Assembly: GCA_964016885.1 (NCBI GenBank)
Contig: OZ024741.1
Location: 233,926,001 to 233,990,000 of the forward strand
Reading direction: 5' to 3'
Source: Eledone cirrhosa
Lineage: Eukaryota
DNA: 64,000 nucleotides
Below, piece by piece: positions 18,425 through 37,168 of the stretch; position 1 is the first letter of the stretch, and every line of letters begins with the position of its first letter. The position numbers and the translations under genes are program-made. The notes under the pieces are model-generated. The model was not told the DNA's origin, did not search any database, and was given only the letters and a program-made list of their open reading frames with translations.

Positions 18425-20105
18425 AATATATATATATAAATATATATATATAAATAAATATATATATATATATAAACATATATATATATATAAACATATA
18501 TATATATATAAACATATATATATATATAAACATATATATATATATAAACATATATATATAAACATATATATATAAACATATATATATATATAAACATATA
18601 TAAACATATATATATAAACATATATATATATATATGTTTATATATATATATATATGTTTATATATATGTTTATATATGTTTATATATATATATATGTTTA
18701 TATATTTTTATATATATATATATATATAAGTTTATATATGCTTATATATAAATATAAGTTTATATATATATATATAAGTTTATATATGCTTATATATATA
18801 TATATGATGATGATGATGATGATGATATATATGATGATGATGATGATGATGATGATGATATATATTTATATATGCTTATAAATATATAAACATCGATAGC
18901 TGTATAACAAAGTGCAGGGCAATAAAGATAGACGGTAGCCACGGAATAGGCAGACCTAGAAAAACCTGGGACGAGCTGATAAACTCCGACCTCACACACT
19001 TACACCTCTCCAAGACAATGTCACTGGACCGAGACCTTTGGCGGTACTCAGTAACAGAGAAGACCCGCCTTGCCAGTAGGCATCTCTAACAAAATACACC
19101 CCGTCCCGCCACCACCCCCACCCCATCCACACCACCCCGTTCTATGTAAAGTTATGTTGGTGCCGCGCCATCCAGGCCGAAACAAATGAGATCGTGTAGG
19201 TGTCACGACAAAAAAACACACAGTCCACGCTGTAATGTGGCCGTGTAGGCAACACGGTAAAAATCTCCCAGACCCACACTGTAAATGTGGTTGGTGTTAG
19301 GAAGGGCATCCAACTGTAGAAATCCTGCCAGACAGTCCTATGCGAGCAAGACAATCACTCTTGCCTCAAGTGGGACTACCCCCGTCCAAACCCATGCAAG
19401 CGTGGAACACGGACGTTAAACGTTGATGATGGTGATGATGATGATGATGATGATGATGATATATATATATAAGCATATATAAACCTATATATATATAATT
19501 TTTATATATGCTTATATATATATATATATATGCTTATATATATATGTTTATATATATATATTTTTATATATGTTTGTGTTTATATATATATATTTTTATA
19601 TATGTTTATATATATATATGTTTATATATATATATGTTTATATATATATATGTTTATATATATATATGTTTATATACATATATATTTATATATATATGTT
19701 TATATATAAATATATATGTATATAAACATATATATATATAAACATATATATATATAAACATATATATATATAAACATATATATATATAATCATATATATA
19801 TATAAACATATATAAACATATATATATATATAAACATATATATATATATAAACAGTATATATATAAACATATATATATATATATAAACATATATATATAT
19901 ATAAACATATATATATATAAACATATATATATATAAACATATATATATAAACATATATATATATATAAACATATATATATACAAATATATATATAAATAT
20001 ATATGTATATAAACATATATATATAAACATATATATATATAAACATATATATAAACATAAACATATATATGTATAAACATATATATAAACATAAACATAT
20101 ATAAA

Positions 20106-20137
<32 letters not shown>

Positions 20138-20671
20138 AGCATATATAAACATATATATATATATAAGCATATATAAATATTATATATATATATGTTTATA
20201 TATGCTTATATATATATATGTTTATATATATATATATTTTTATATATGTTTATGTTTATATATATATATGTTTATATATATATAAGCATATATAAACATA
20301 TATATATATATAAACATATATATATAAACATATATATATATAAACATATATATATAAACATATATATATAAACATATATATATATATAAACATATATATA
20401 TATATAAACATATATATATAAACATATATATATATAAACATATATATATATAAACATATATATATAAACATATATATATAAACATATATATATATAAATA
20501 TATATGTATATAAACATATATATATATAAATATATATGTATATAAACATATATATAAATATATATATATATAAATATATATGTATATAAACATATATATA
20601 TAAATATATATGTATATAAACATATATATATAAACATATATATATATTTAAACATATATATATATATAAAC

Positions 20672-20702
<31 letters not shown>

Positions 20703-20789
20703 AACATATATATATAAATATATATGTATAAACACATATATATATATACATATATAAACACATATTTATATATATATATACATATATAA

Positions 20790-20830
<41 letters not shown>

Positions 20831-21523
20831 TAACCATATATATATATAAACATATATTTATATAAACATATATATATATAAACATATATATATAAACATA
20901 TATATATAAACATATATATATATACATACACATATATATATACATATATAAACACAATTAAACACATATATATATACATATATAAACATAAATATACATA
21001 TATATAAAAATATATATATAAATATATAAACATATATATACATAGATATAAACATATATATATAAATATATAAACATATATAAACATATATATATATACA
21101 TATATAAACATATATATATATAAACGTATATATACTTATATAAACATATATATATATAAACGTATATATACTTATATAAACATATATATATATACATATA
21201 TATAAACATATATATACTTATATAAACATATATATATATACATATTTATAAACATATATATACATTATATACATATATGTATATACATATATAAACATAA
21301 ATAAATATACATATATATACTTATATAAACATATATATATACACATATATATATATATATAAACATATTTAAATATATATATAAACATATATATATATAT
21401 AAACATATATATAAACATATATATATATACATATAAACAAATATATACATATAAACATATATATATATATATACATATAAACATATATATATAAATATAA
21501 ACATATAAACATATAAACATATA

Positions 21524-21562
<39 letters not shown>

Positions 21563-21581
21563 CTATATATACATATATATA
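18117..21581. repeat. (TA)nAACA variant satellite with locally inverted blocks, interrupted by an RTE fragment
   Basis: TATAAACATA units, flipped to TATGTTTATA around 18635-18790, 19500-19705 and 20190-20275. Confidence 0.93.
18894..19460 (+). mobile_element. RTE 3' fragment (last ORF codons, 3' UTR, (GAT)n tail)
   Basis: Matches the reverse complement of 35512-36083 with small deletions. Confidence 0.88.
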
Positions 21582-21938
21582 TGGTGGCTGCCAACTCGTT
21601 TTCGAGTACGGCCACTACTTTATATCCATGTAGGAGAACCCCTACCGATGCGCTGAACGAATGTGACTTTTTAGTCCAGCCAGCGACTTGAAAACTCTGG
21701 TACAAAGACTACACTTGTGACCATTATTGACACATAGTGCAGGGCCCATGGTACCATGTGATGACAAGTGCAGAGAGATCTCCAGATATAAAGCAATGCC
21801 TGTGCAGTGAAGCTTTTATAGTGAGCAAAGGCACTGCACAAAGCCAGTCCCACTCTCTTAACCAAGATGATATTTACCAAAAAGAAGAACAAGTCAACAT
21901 CATTGGATACCATCAGAGTTGCAGGTGTTATATCAGAG

Positions 21939-22584
21939 TGTCTATGCCCAGGTCTCGTATCGATTTTGACACGGGGATATCGGTCCCTCCTGGTCCTGTG
22001 TAGCTGTGTTCCGCTATATTTGTGTTTGTGTTTGCAGGTTTGTATTGTAGGGCTTGGAATTTGCCAGCATTAAACTGCATGTTGTTTTCTTCCGCCCATC
22101 TGTATATGGCATCCAGATCCTGCTGTAAGAGGGCAGCGTCAGCCGGGTTTTTGATTGCCTGTGCTACCTTAGTGTCATCAGCATAGCTAGTGAGGGATGT
22201 TGTTGCATGCACCACAGAGGGCATGTCCGAGAGAGCCACCAAAAACAGTAGTGGTCCCAGGACTGTCCCCTGAGGCACCCCACTTGTTATCGGTGTTTCC
22301 CTCGAGAGGGCCCCATTTGCTGCGACTGCCTGGCTTCTGTCCCTCAGGAAGCCATGCAGCCACTCACCTACTTTTCCAGTTATGCCGAGTCCATGTAGTT
22401 TGTGACATATCATTCCGTGGTCGACCTTGTCAAAGGCCTTCGCAAAGTCAAGGTATATCACGTCTACATGTGAGCTGTCTAGTAGTTGTCTCAGTACCCA
22501 GTCGTAGTGATGTAGCAGCTGTGTAAGGCAGCTTCTTCCTGGGCGGAAGCCATGTTGCGTGCTAGTCAGGCGGTCATTTTCTTC
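21939..22584 (-). mobile_element. Internal RT fragment of the same CR1-group LINE as 2061-4185
   Basis: [19 protein letters not shown]...YADD...DLGID, near-identical to ~2786-3438; lacks both the 5' and 3' ends. Confidence 0.92.
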
Positions 22585-25350
<2,766 letters not shown>

Positions 25351-25750
25351 AAAGGTTTACATATATATAAATTCATAGATATATATGTGTTTTGCAACGG
25401 GACACGTTGTGGCTCAATGAAGAATTAATAAATTAAATAATCAGAGCTATATATCATAAAACATGTCTTTAGAATCACTAGATAAAATATATATCTTTTC
25501 CTCTCCCAATTAGCATAATTAACCATATAAAAATCAATTAGACCAAGCTATAAGAATAAAGGCTCCTATGAAGAAATCTCCGACAAATGACCGAAAGCAG
25601 CCCCTTCGCGGCGGCTACAACTGAGTATTTATCGATCATTTCGACAGCATGTAGAAATCGACCAGATATACAGCATGTAGAAATCGACCAGATATACTAA
25701 ACTCAATCAGGTGTAAAATAAACTTAGAAGAAATGCGTACATATTTAATT

Positions 25751-25815
25751 ACCTCTACCATGGTTTCATCCATCCGATAACAAGGAATGTACAGAGCTTC
25801 GGATTCATCAGGAGT
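25751..25815 (-). ncRNA. Type I hammerhead ribozyme motif with long stem-loop II
   Basis: Minus strand ACTC-CTGATGA-ATCC...GGAT-GAAA-CCATGG-TA^-GAGGT. Stem III is the palindrome ACCATGGT, the site is GUA, and stem I is short. Confidence 0.78.
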
Positions 25816-26077
25816 GAGCTCAAAATTAGACAATTAATTTTCCAAAGTGATCGCGCCAAAAATACATTAAAAATGGTTAAGAATCGGGACATGGCAGCGG
25901 TCAAGTTAGAAAGGATGTGATTAGTTGCTTACGGCGGGTAGGCTTATTGCTAGAAAGCGCAGCCCAATATAGCCAAATTGTATCTCAACCTAACGGGAGA
26001 TTATTACATATAAAGGTTTACATATTTTGGGGCTATCACTTTGGAAAATTAATTGTCTAATTTTGAGCTCACTCCTG
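25809..26077. repeat. 43-bp inverted repeat (25809-25851 / 26035-26077) abutting the hammerhead core
   Basis: CAGGAGTGAGCTCAAAATTAGACAATTAATTTTCCAAAGTGAT and its reverse complement. Confidence 0.93.
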
Positions 26078-26276
26078 TCGGGGGACAGTGATGAAGGCCT
26101 GTAGCCGGTTCCAAGGCCTTCATCAAAGCCAATGACGGGTTTATCGAGTGAGATCGAAAGAACCAGTCATGAAGACAAACTGACCCAAGTTTGATAAATA
26201 TATCTTAAAAATTAAAACTACTGTGTTAATTTTTCCTAGACAGTAATCCTGCGAACAGATATTGTCCGCACACTGA

Positions 26277-26361
26277 ATATATCATATATATATCATATGA
26301 TATACATATATATATATACATCATATGATATATATATCATCATATATATATATACATCATT

Positions 26362-26445
<84 letters not shown>

Positions 26446-26659
26446 TGATATATATATATATATACATCATTTGATATATATATATATACATCATTTGATA
26501 TATATATATATACATCATTTGATATATATATATATACATCATTTGATATATATATCATCATATATATATATACATCATTTGATATATATATATGTATATA
26601 TACATCATATGATATATATATATATACATCATTTGATATATATATATATACATCATTTG

Positions 26660-26690
<31 letters not shown>

Positions 26691-26801
26691 TTGATATATA
26701 TATATATACATCATTTGATATATATATATGTATATATACATCATATGATATATATATATATACATCATTTGATATATATATATATATATATACATCATTT
26801 G

Positions 26802-26832
<31 letters not shown>

Positions 26833-26835
26833 TTG

Positions 26836-26866
<31 letters not shown>

Positions 26867-27103
26867 TTGATATATATATATATACATCATATGATATATA
26901 TATATATATACATCATATGATATATATATATATATACATCATATGATATATATATATATATATACATCATATGATATATATATATATATACATCATATGA
27001 TATATATATATATATACATCATATGATATATATATATATATACATCATATGATATATATATATATATACATCATATGATATATATATATATATACATCAT
27101 ATG

Positions 27104-27137
<34 letters not shown>

Positions 27138-27229
27138 TGATATATATATATATACATCATATGATATATATCTATATATATATATATACATCATATGATA
27201 TATATCTATATATATATATATACATCATA

Positions 27230-27271
<42 letters not shown>

Positions 27272-27373
27272 TGATATATATATATATATACATCATATGA
27301 TATATATATATATACATCATATGATATATATATATATATACATCATATGATATATATATATATACATCATATG

Positions 27374-27405
<32 letters not shown>

Positions 27406-28439
27406 AATGATATATATATATATATATACATCATATGATATATATATATATATAGATACATCAAATAATATATATATATATATATAGATACATCAAATGA
27501 TATATATATATATATACATCAAATGATATATATATATATATCATGATATACATATGATATATATATATATCATATGATATACATATGATATATATATATA
27601 TCATATGATGTATATATATATCATATGATGTATATATATATATATATACATCATATGATATATATATATATATATACATCATATGATATATATATATATA
27701 TATATATACATCATATGATATACATATATATCATACGATATATATATCATATGATATATATATATATCATCATATATATATACATATGATATATATATAT
27801 CATATGATATACATATATATCATATGATATATGTATATATCATATGATATAGGTATATATCATATGATATAGGTATATATCATATGATATAGGTATATAT
27901 CATATGATATATGTATATATCAGATATATGTATATATCATATGATATATATATCATATGATATATATATCATATGATATATATATATATCATTTGATATA
28001 TATATATCATATGATATATATATATCATATGATATATATATATAGCATATGATATATATATCATATGATATATATATCATATGATATATATATCATATGA
28101 TATATATATATATCATTTGATATATATATATATCATATGATATATATATGTATCATATGATATATATATATATATATCATTTGATATATATATATATCAT
28201 TTGATATATATATATATATCATTTGATATATATATATATCATTTGATATATATATATCACATTTGATATATATATGTCATTTGATATATTTATATATCAT
28301 TTGATATATATATGTCATTTGATATATATATATCATTTAATATATATATAGCATTTGATATATATATAGCATTTGATATATATATAGCATTTGATATATA
28401 TATAGCATTTGATATATATATATATATATTTATATCATT

Positions 28440-28473
<34 letters not shown>

Positions 28474-30362
28474 TATACATATATATATCATATGATAAAT
28501 ATATATATATATATATATCATATACATATATATATCATATGATAAATATATATATATATCATATAATATATATCATATGATATATATATATCCGATGATA
28601 TACATATATGTATATATCATATGATATATATATATATATCATATGATATACATATATATATATACATCATATGATATATATATCATCATATATATATATA
28701 TACATCATATGATATATATATCATCATATATATATATATCTATAATATAATTTAATGTATAATAAACAATACAATATAATTACTTCATTACCAGAGGTTT
28801 CCCGAATAATACGAATACAAGTAACGTCTTCACTCGTTCGTCAGACAGGGCAATTTAAAACATTGTGAAACATTTGAAAAATTACCTCAAGAGAGGCAAA
28901 AGGTTAACGGGCAAAAAAAAAATATAAATAAAAGTAATGCAAGAGATATATAGAGCACTCTTCAATCCTATGACTTTTTCAATTTTTAACGGAGATTTCA
29001 ATACTTATATATATATGTCATATGATACATGTATATCATAAGATATATATATAGATATGTATAACTTATGATATATATATATATATATCTCTTATGATAT
29101 ATATATATATCTTATGATATATATATATATATATATCTTAGGATATATATATATCTTATGATATATATGTATATATCTTATGATATATATATATATATAT
29201 CTTATGATATATATATATATATATCTTATGATATATATATACATATCTTATGATATATATATACATATCTTATGATATATATATACATATCTTATGATAT
29301 ATCTATACATATCTTATGATATATCTATACATATCTTATGATATATCTATACATATCTTATGATATATCTATACATATCTTATGAGATATCTATACATAT
29401 CTTATGATATACATATACATATCTTATGATATACATATACATATCTTATGATATACATATATATATATATATATATCATATGACATACATATATATATGT
29501 ATATCATATGATATAAATATATATATATGTATATCATGTGATATACATATATATATATATCATATGATATACATATATATATCATATGATATACATATAT
29601 GTATATCATATGATATATATATATATATGATTATCATATGATATATATATATATATGTATATCATGATATATATATATCATGATATATATATATATCATA
29701 TGATATATATATATATCATATGATATATATATATATCATATGATATATATATATGATATATATATATATCATATGATATATATATATATCATATGATAAA
29801 TATATATATATACCATATGATATATACATATAACATATGTATCACATATGATATATATATATATATATATATACCATATGATATATACATATAACATATG
29901 TATCACATATGATATATATATATATATATATATATACCATATGATATATACATATAACATATGTATCACATATGATATATATATATCATATCATATACAT
30001 ATATCATATACATATATATATCATATGATATACATATATATATCATATGATATACATATATATATCATATGATATATATATATATATCATATGATATATA
30101 TATATCATATGATATATATATATCATATGATATACATATATATATCATATGATATACATATATATATCATATGATATATATATATATATCATATGATATA
30201 CATATGTATATATATCATGATATATATATATGTATATATCATATGATATATATATGTTTATATCATATGATATATATATGTATATTATATATATATATAT
30301 CATATGATATATATATATATATATATCATGATATATATATCATATGATATATATATATATAA

Positions 30363-30393
<31 letters not shown>

Positions 30394-30434
30394 CATATGA
30401 TATATATATATAAATCATATATATATATATATAT

Positions 30435-30465
<31 letters not shown>

Positions 30466-30605
30466 CATATGATATATATATATAAATCATATATATATAT
30501 ATATATATATATCATATATATATATATATATATATATATCATATAATATATATATATAAAACATATATATATATATATATATATCATATATATATATATA
30601 TATAT

Positions 30606-30636
<31 letters not shown>

Positions 30637-30885
30637 CATATGATATATATATATAAAACATATATATATATATATATATATATCATATATATATATATAT
30701 ATATCATATATATATATATATATATCATATGATATATATATATATATATCATATGATATATATATATATATATATATATCATATGATATATATATATATA
30801 TATATATATCATATGATATATATATATATATATATATATATCATATGATATATCATATATATATATATATATCATATATATATAT

Positions 30886-30916
<31 letters not shown>

Positions 30917-31154
30917 CATATGATATATATAATGATATATATATCATATGATATATATATATATTTATCATATGATATATATATATATCATATGATATAT
31001 ATATATATATATATATCATGATATATATATATATATATATATATCATATGATATATATAATGATATATATATCATATGATATATATATATATTTATCATA
31101 TGATATATATATATATATCATATGATATATATATATATATATATATATATATCA

Positions 31155-31190
<36 letters not shown>

Positions 31191-31795
31191 TGATATATAT
31201 ATATATATATATATATATATCATACGATATACATATATATATCATATGATATATATATATCATGATATATATATATCATGATATATATATCCATCATACG
31301 ATATATATATATATCGTACAATATATATATATCATATGATGTACATATATATCATATATATATATATCATATGATGTACATATATATCATATGATATATA
31401 CAAATATATATCATATATATATATATCATATGATATACATATATATCATATGATATATACAAATACATATCATATATATATATATATCATATGATATACA
31501 TATATATCATGATATATATATATACGATATATATACATATATCTATATGTATATATATACAAATATTACATATATATATGATATATATATATACATATAT
31601 TATATACATATATATATCATATGATATACATACATATATATATCATATGATATACATACATATATATACATATATATATCATATGATATACATACATATA
31701 TATACATATATATATCATATGATATACATACATATATATACATATATATATTATATGATATACATACATATATATACATATATATATTATATGAT

Positions 31796-31869
<74 letters not shown>

Positions 31870-32418
31870 TATGTTATACATATAAATATATATGATATAT
31901 GGATATATCATGTGATATACATATCATATATGGATATCTCATGATATATGCTATACATATGATATACATATATGATACACATATATATATAATACACATA
32001 TATATATATCATATTATATTCATATATGTATATGATACACATATATATATATATCATATGATATTGATATATATATCATATGATATTGATATGTATATCA
32101 TATGATATTGATATATATATTATATGATATTGATATATATATAATATGATATTGATATATATATTATATGATATTGATATATATATTATATGATATTGAT
32201 ATATATATTATATGATATTGATATATATATATAATATGATATATATATTATATGATATTGATATATATATATAATATGATATATATATTATATGATATTG
32301 ATATATATATATGATATATATGTCATATGATATATATATTATGTCATATATACATCATATTATATATATATACATCATATCATATATATATATCATATAT
32401 ATATATCATATATATATA
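26277..32418. repeat. (TA)n satellite with palindromic ATCATATGAT-type monomers (variants CATCATTTGA, TCTTATGA, TATTGA)
   Basis: Direct inspection; interrupted by a unique island at ~28745-29005. Confidence 0.95.
28778..28855 (-). ncRNA. Type I hammerhead-like motif, degenerate
   Basis: Minus strand AATTGCCCTGT-CTGACGA-A-CGAGTGA...TTATTCG-G-GAAA-CCTCTGG-TA^-ATGAAGTAATT. Stem I forms 9 of 11 pairs, and stem II has an A-G apposition at its base. Confidence 0.6.
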
Positions 32419-34072
32419 TCATCATCACCGCTCACCATCCATCTTCCACGCTTGCGTGGGTTTTGACGGGAGTTTTCCCACTTGAGGCAAGAGTGGTTCT
32501 CTTGCTCGTATAGGACTCTCTGGCGGGTTTTCTACAGCTGGATGCCCTTCCTAAAACCAACCACATTTACAGTGTCGACTGAGAGGTTTTTACCGTGTTA
32601 CCTACACGGACACATTACAGTGTGGACTCTGTGTTTTTTTGTCGTGACACCTACACGACCTCATTTGTTTCGGCCTGGATGTTGTGGTACCAACATAACT
32701 TGACATTGAAAGGGGTGGTGTGGGGGTAGTGGGACGGGGGTGTATTTTTGTTAGGGTGCCTACTGACTGTAATAGGTTTCACTTTGTACTTAGGTAAGGC
32801 GGGTCTTCTGTATTACTGTGTAGCGCCAAATATCTCGGTCCAGTGACATTGTCTTGGAGAGGTGTAAGTGTGTGAGGTCGGAATTTATCAAGTCGTCCCA
32901 GGTTTTTCTTGGTCTGCCTACTCCGTGGCTACCGTCTATTTTTATTGCCCCGCACTTTTTTATACAGCTGTTGTCTTTCATGCGCATCATGTGACCGTAC
33001 CAACGTAGTCTTCTCTCGAGTAAACAACATCTCATCCCTCTTATTTCTAATTTTTCCCTTAGTTCGTTTATGTTTTGCTGTTAACGTATATTACTATTAC
33101 ATATCCACTGGAGCATGCAAGCTTCGTTCCTCTCCAGTCTGTGTATATCCTCTGCACACAATGCCCAGGTCTCACTGCCATGTAACATTGCTGTTCGTAT
33201 GCAGGCATCACACAACCTGCCTTTCATTTTTAGAGAGAAACCTTTAGTGGCTAATAGTGGTATAAGCTCTCTGAACTTTTTCCAACCAGTTCTGACTCTA
33301 GCTACTGTACTTTCAGAGCACCCTCCCCCACTGCTGATTTTGTCGCCCAGGTAACGGAAGCTGTCCACTATTTCTATAGAACCCTCTGCGCAATTTAAAG
33401 AGCTAGTATTTTGTGGGCACTTGCTGCTACTTATTGCACCAGAGCACCGGCCACATGTAAAATCTGTGTTCTTAGTTAGCTTACCTGTGATCCCACTACA
33501 TCTTTTATGCACCCATACTTTGCATTTGGGACATAAAATGAAGTTTCTGCCTACTCCTTTCCTACACACTGAGCATGGCCATTTCCCGGATGGGACCGGT
33601 GCCCTATTTTCCTTCCTACAAACTAGAACTTTTGTCTTAGGTTAATTTTAAGGTCTTTTGATTCTAGGCCATGCTTCCATGTTTGGAATTTCTTCTCTAG
33701 TTCAGCCATTGATTCAGCTATGAGCATTAGATCATCTGCGTATAGGAGTTCCCATGGGCAGCCGGTCTTCAACTCCTCTGTTATAGCCTGAAGGGCAATA
33801 ATAAATAGTAGGGGGATAAGAACGCAGCCCTGATGAACACCAACTTTTACACTAAACTCTTCACTATATTCGTTGTTAATTCTAACCTTCTTTATACATG
33901 GCTTGTATAGCTCTCACAAGCCATTCATCAACACCTAGTTTTCTAAGAGCCCACCAGATAATGGAACGGGGGACTCTGTCAAGGGCTTTCTCCAAGTCGA
34001 CAAAAACTAAGTAGAGGGGTTTAGCTAGGTACTTCTGTAGTTGTCGTAGTACCAAGCTAAAAGTAAACCACT
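32419..34072 (-). mobile_element. RTE-clade LINE, 5'-truncated and pseudogenised
   Basis: RT motifs (FVDLEKALDRV, HQGCVLIPLLF, LLYADD), Cys-rich region, C-terminus and 3' UTR; a stop at ~33081 and frameshifts. Confidence 0.9.
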
Positions 34073-35057
34073 ATCATATATATATATATCATATGAACTA
34101 TATATATATATCATATGATGTATATATATATCATATGATGTATATGTATATATATATGATGTATATATATATCATATGATGTATTTATATATCATATGTA
34201 TTTATATATCATATGATATATATATAGAATAGAATGAAACAAAATTTCACGAAATTTCATTTCTCACTCTTAGTACGGCACAATATATATATCATATGAT
34301 ATATATATATATATATCATATGATGTATTTATATATCATATGATGTATATCTATATCATATGATGTATATCTATATCATATGATGTATATCTACATCATA
34401 TGATGTATATCTACATCATATGATGTATATCTACATCATATGATATATATCTATATCATATGATATATATCTATATCATATGATATATATCTACATCATA
34501 TGATATATATCTATATCATATGATATATATCTATATCATATGATATATATCTACATCATATGATATATATCTACATCATATGATATATATATATATATCA
34601 TATGATATATATCTATATCATATGATATATATCTACATCATATGATATATATCTACATCATATGATATATATATATATATCATATGATATATATATATCA
34701 TATGATATATATATATATATATATCATATGATATATATATATCATATAATATATATATATATCATGATATATATATATCATATGATATATATATATCATA
34801 TGATATATATATATATCATGATATATATATATATATATCATGATATATATATATCATATGATATATATATATATCATATGATATATATATATCATATGAT
34901 ATATATATATCATGATATATATATATATATATCATGATATATATATATATATATATATCATGATATATATATATATATATATATATATATCATATGATAT
35001 ATATATATATATCATATACTATATATATATAATATGATATATATATCAAATGATATT
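34073..35057. repeat. ATCATATGAT/(TA)n satellite with CTACATC variant and a short insert at ~34227-34282
   Basis: Direct inspection. Confidence 0.93.
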
Positions 35058-35401
35058 ATCATCGTCGTTTAACGTCCATCTTCCACGCTCGCATGGGTTT
35101 CGACGGGAGGTTTCCCACTTGAGGCAAGAGTGGTTGTCTTGCTCGCATAGGACTGTTTGGGGGGTTTTCTATGGCTGGATGCCCTTCCTAACACCAACCA
35201 CATTTACAGTGTGGACTGGGAGGTTTCTACCGTGTTACCTACATGGCCACATTACAGCGTGGACTGTGTGTGTTTTTTTTTTTTGTCGTGACACCTACAC
35301 GACCTCATTTGTTTCGGACTGGATGTTGTGGTACCAACATAACTTCACATTTAAGGGGGTGGTGTGGACGGGGGGGGGGGGTATTTTGTTAGAGGTGCCT
35401 A
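35058..35401 (-). mobile_element. RTE 3'-UTR-only copy
   Basis: Homologous to 35512-35871; no coding part. Confidence 0.88.
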
Positions 35402-35422
35402 TCATATGTTATATATATAATA

Positions 35423-35463
<41 letters not shown>

Positions 35464-35511
35464 TATGATATATATATATTTCATATGATATATATATATA
35501 TATATAATATG

Positions 35512-36849
35512 ATCATCATCATCATCAGGTTTAGCGTCCGTGTTCCACGCTTGCATGGGTTTGGACGGGGGTTTTCCCACTTGAGGCAAGAGTGGTTGTC
35601 TTGCTCGCATAGGACTGTCTGGCGGGTTTTCTACAGCTGGATGCCCTTCCTAACACCAACCACATTTACAGTGTGGGGCTGGGAGGTTTTTACCGTGTTG
35701 CCTACACGGCCACATTTACAGCGTGGACTGTGTGTTTTTTGTCGTGACACCTACACGATCTCATTTGTTTCGGCCTGGATGTTGTGGGACCAACATAACT
35801 GTACATTGAAAGGGGCGGTGTGGATGGGGTGGAGGTGGTGGGACGGGGGGGTGTTTTGATAGAGATGCCTACTGACTGTAGTAGGTTTTTACTTTGTATT
35901 TAGGTAAGGCGGGTCTTCTCTATTACTGAGTACCGCCAAAGGTCTCGGTCCAGTGACATTGTCTTGGAGAGGTGTAAGCGTGTGAGGTCGGAATTTATCA
36001 GCTCGTCCCATGTTTTTCTGGGTCTGCCTACTCCGTGGCTACCGTCTATCTTTATTGCCCTGCACTTTGTTATACAACTGTCGTCTTTCATGCGCATCAC
36101 GTGACCGTACCAACGTAGCCTTCTCTCGAGTAAACAACATCTGATCCCTCTTATTTCTAATTTTTTCCTTAGTTCGTTTATGCTTTGCCGTTCACGTATA
36201 TTACTATTGCACATCCAGCGGAGCATGCAAGCTTCGTTCCTCTCTAGTCTGCGTATATCCTCTGCACACAATGCCCAGGTCTCACTGCCATGCAGCATTG
36301 CTGTTCGTATGCAGGCATCGTATAACCTGCCTTTCATTTTTAGGGAGAACCCTCTAGCGGCTAATAGTGGTATAAGCTCTCTGAACTTTTTCCATCCAGT
36401 TCTGACTCTAGCTACTGTACTTTCAGAGCACCCTCCCCCACTACTGATTTTGTCACCCAGGTAACGGAAGCTGTCCACTATTTCTATAGAACCCTCTGCG
36501 CAGTTGAAGGAGCTAGTATTTTGTGGGCACTTGCTGCTACTTATTGCACCAGAGCACCGGCCACATGTAAAATCTATGTTCTTAGTTAGCTTACCTGTGA
36601 TCCCACTACATCTTTTATGCACCCATACTTTGCATTTGGGACATAAAATGGAGTTTCTACCTACGCCTTTCCTACACACTGAGCATGGCCATTTCCCAGA
36701 TGGGACTGCCGCCTTATTTTCTTTCCTACAAACTAGAACTTTAGTCTTAGCCAGGTTAATTTTAAGGCCTTTTGATTCTAGGCCGTGCTTCCATGTTTGG
36801 AATTTCTTCTCTAGTTCGGTCATTGATTCAGCTATGAGCGTTAGATCAT
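35512..36849 (-). mobile_element. RTE-clade LINE 3' fragment with open C-terminal frame (35900-36849)
   Basis: Track ORF 35900-36823 ([31 protein letters not shown]), full 3' UTR and (GAT)n tail. Confidence 0.93.
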
Positions 36850-36900
36850 ATATATATATTTCATATGATATATATATATATATGATATATATATATATAT

Positions 36901-36949
36901 GATTCCTGATGATTTCTAAAGAATGAAACAGTTCTAGTCCTGTAGAATC
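36901..36949 (+). ncRNA. Type I hammerhead ribozyme motif, standing alone in (TA)n
   Basis: GATTC-CTGATGA-T(TTC TAAA GAA)T-GAAA-CAG(TTCTAGTC)CTG-TA^-GAATC. All three stems form; GUA site, predicted cleavage after 36944. Confidence 0.87.
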
Positions 36950-36968
36950 TCATCTATATATATATATA

Positions 36969-37168
36969 TATATGAAATATAAGAATCAAAGAACTGTTCA
37001 AAACATTATTGTGCTTACAGCTGTTTCCTCCAAACCGAGGTTTGGATTCTTCGGAGCAATTTATTAATGCATGGACAGTTATATGACCTCCTTTTCAGCC
37101 GAGAGACATACCAATACATATTCAAACATTGATACATATTCAGTTCTTTGATTCTTATATTTCATATA
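36969..37168. repeat. 28-bp inverted repeat (36969-36996 / 37141-37168) enclosing the hammerhead
   Basis: TATATGAAATATAAGAATCAAAGAACTG and its reverse complement. Confidence 0.9.
37012..37058 (-). ncRNA. Type I hammerhead motif with U4C core variant (CCGAAGA)
   Basis: Minus strand TGCT-CCGAAGA-A-TCCAAAC(CTCG)GTTTGGA-G-GAAA-CAGCTG-TA^-AGCA, with palindromic stem III ACAGCTGT. Confidence 0.75.

Noticed and set aside
26085-26170. Possible twister ribozyme or SECIS (GCCGGTTCCAAGGCC; ATGA-led hairpins)
   Set aside because: Could not build the twister pseudoknots; lacks the SECIS apical AA and 3' GA quartet. Kept only as hairpins.
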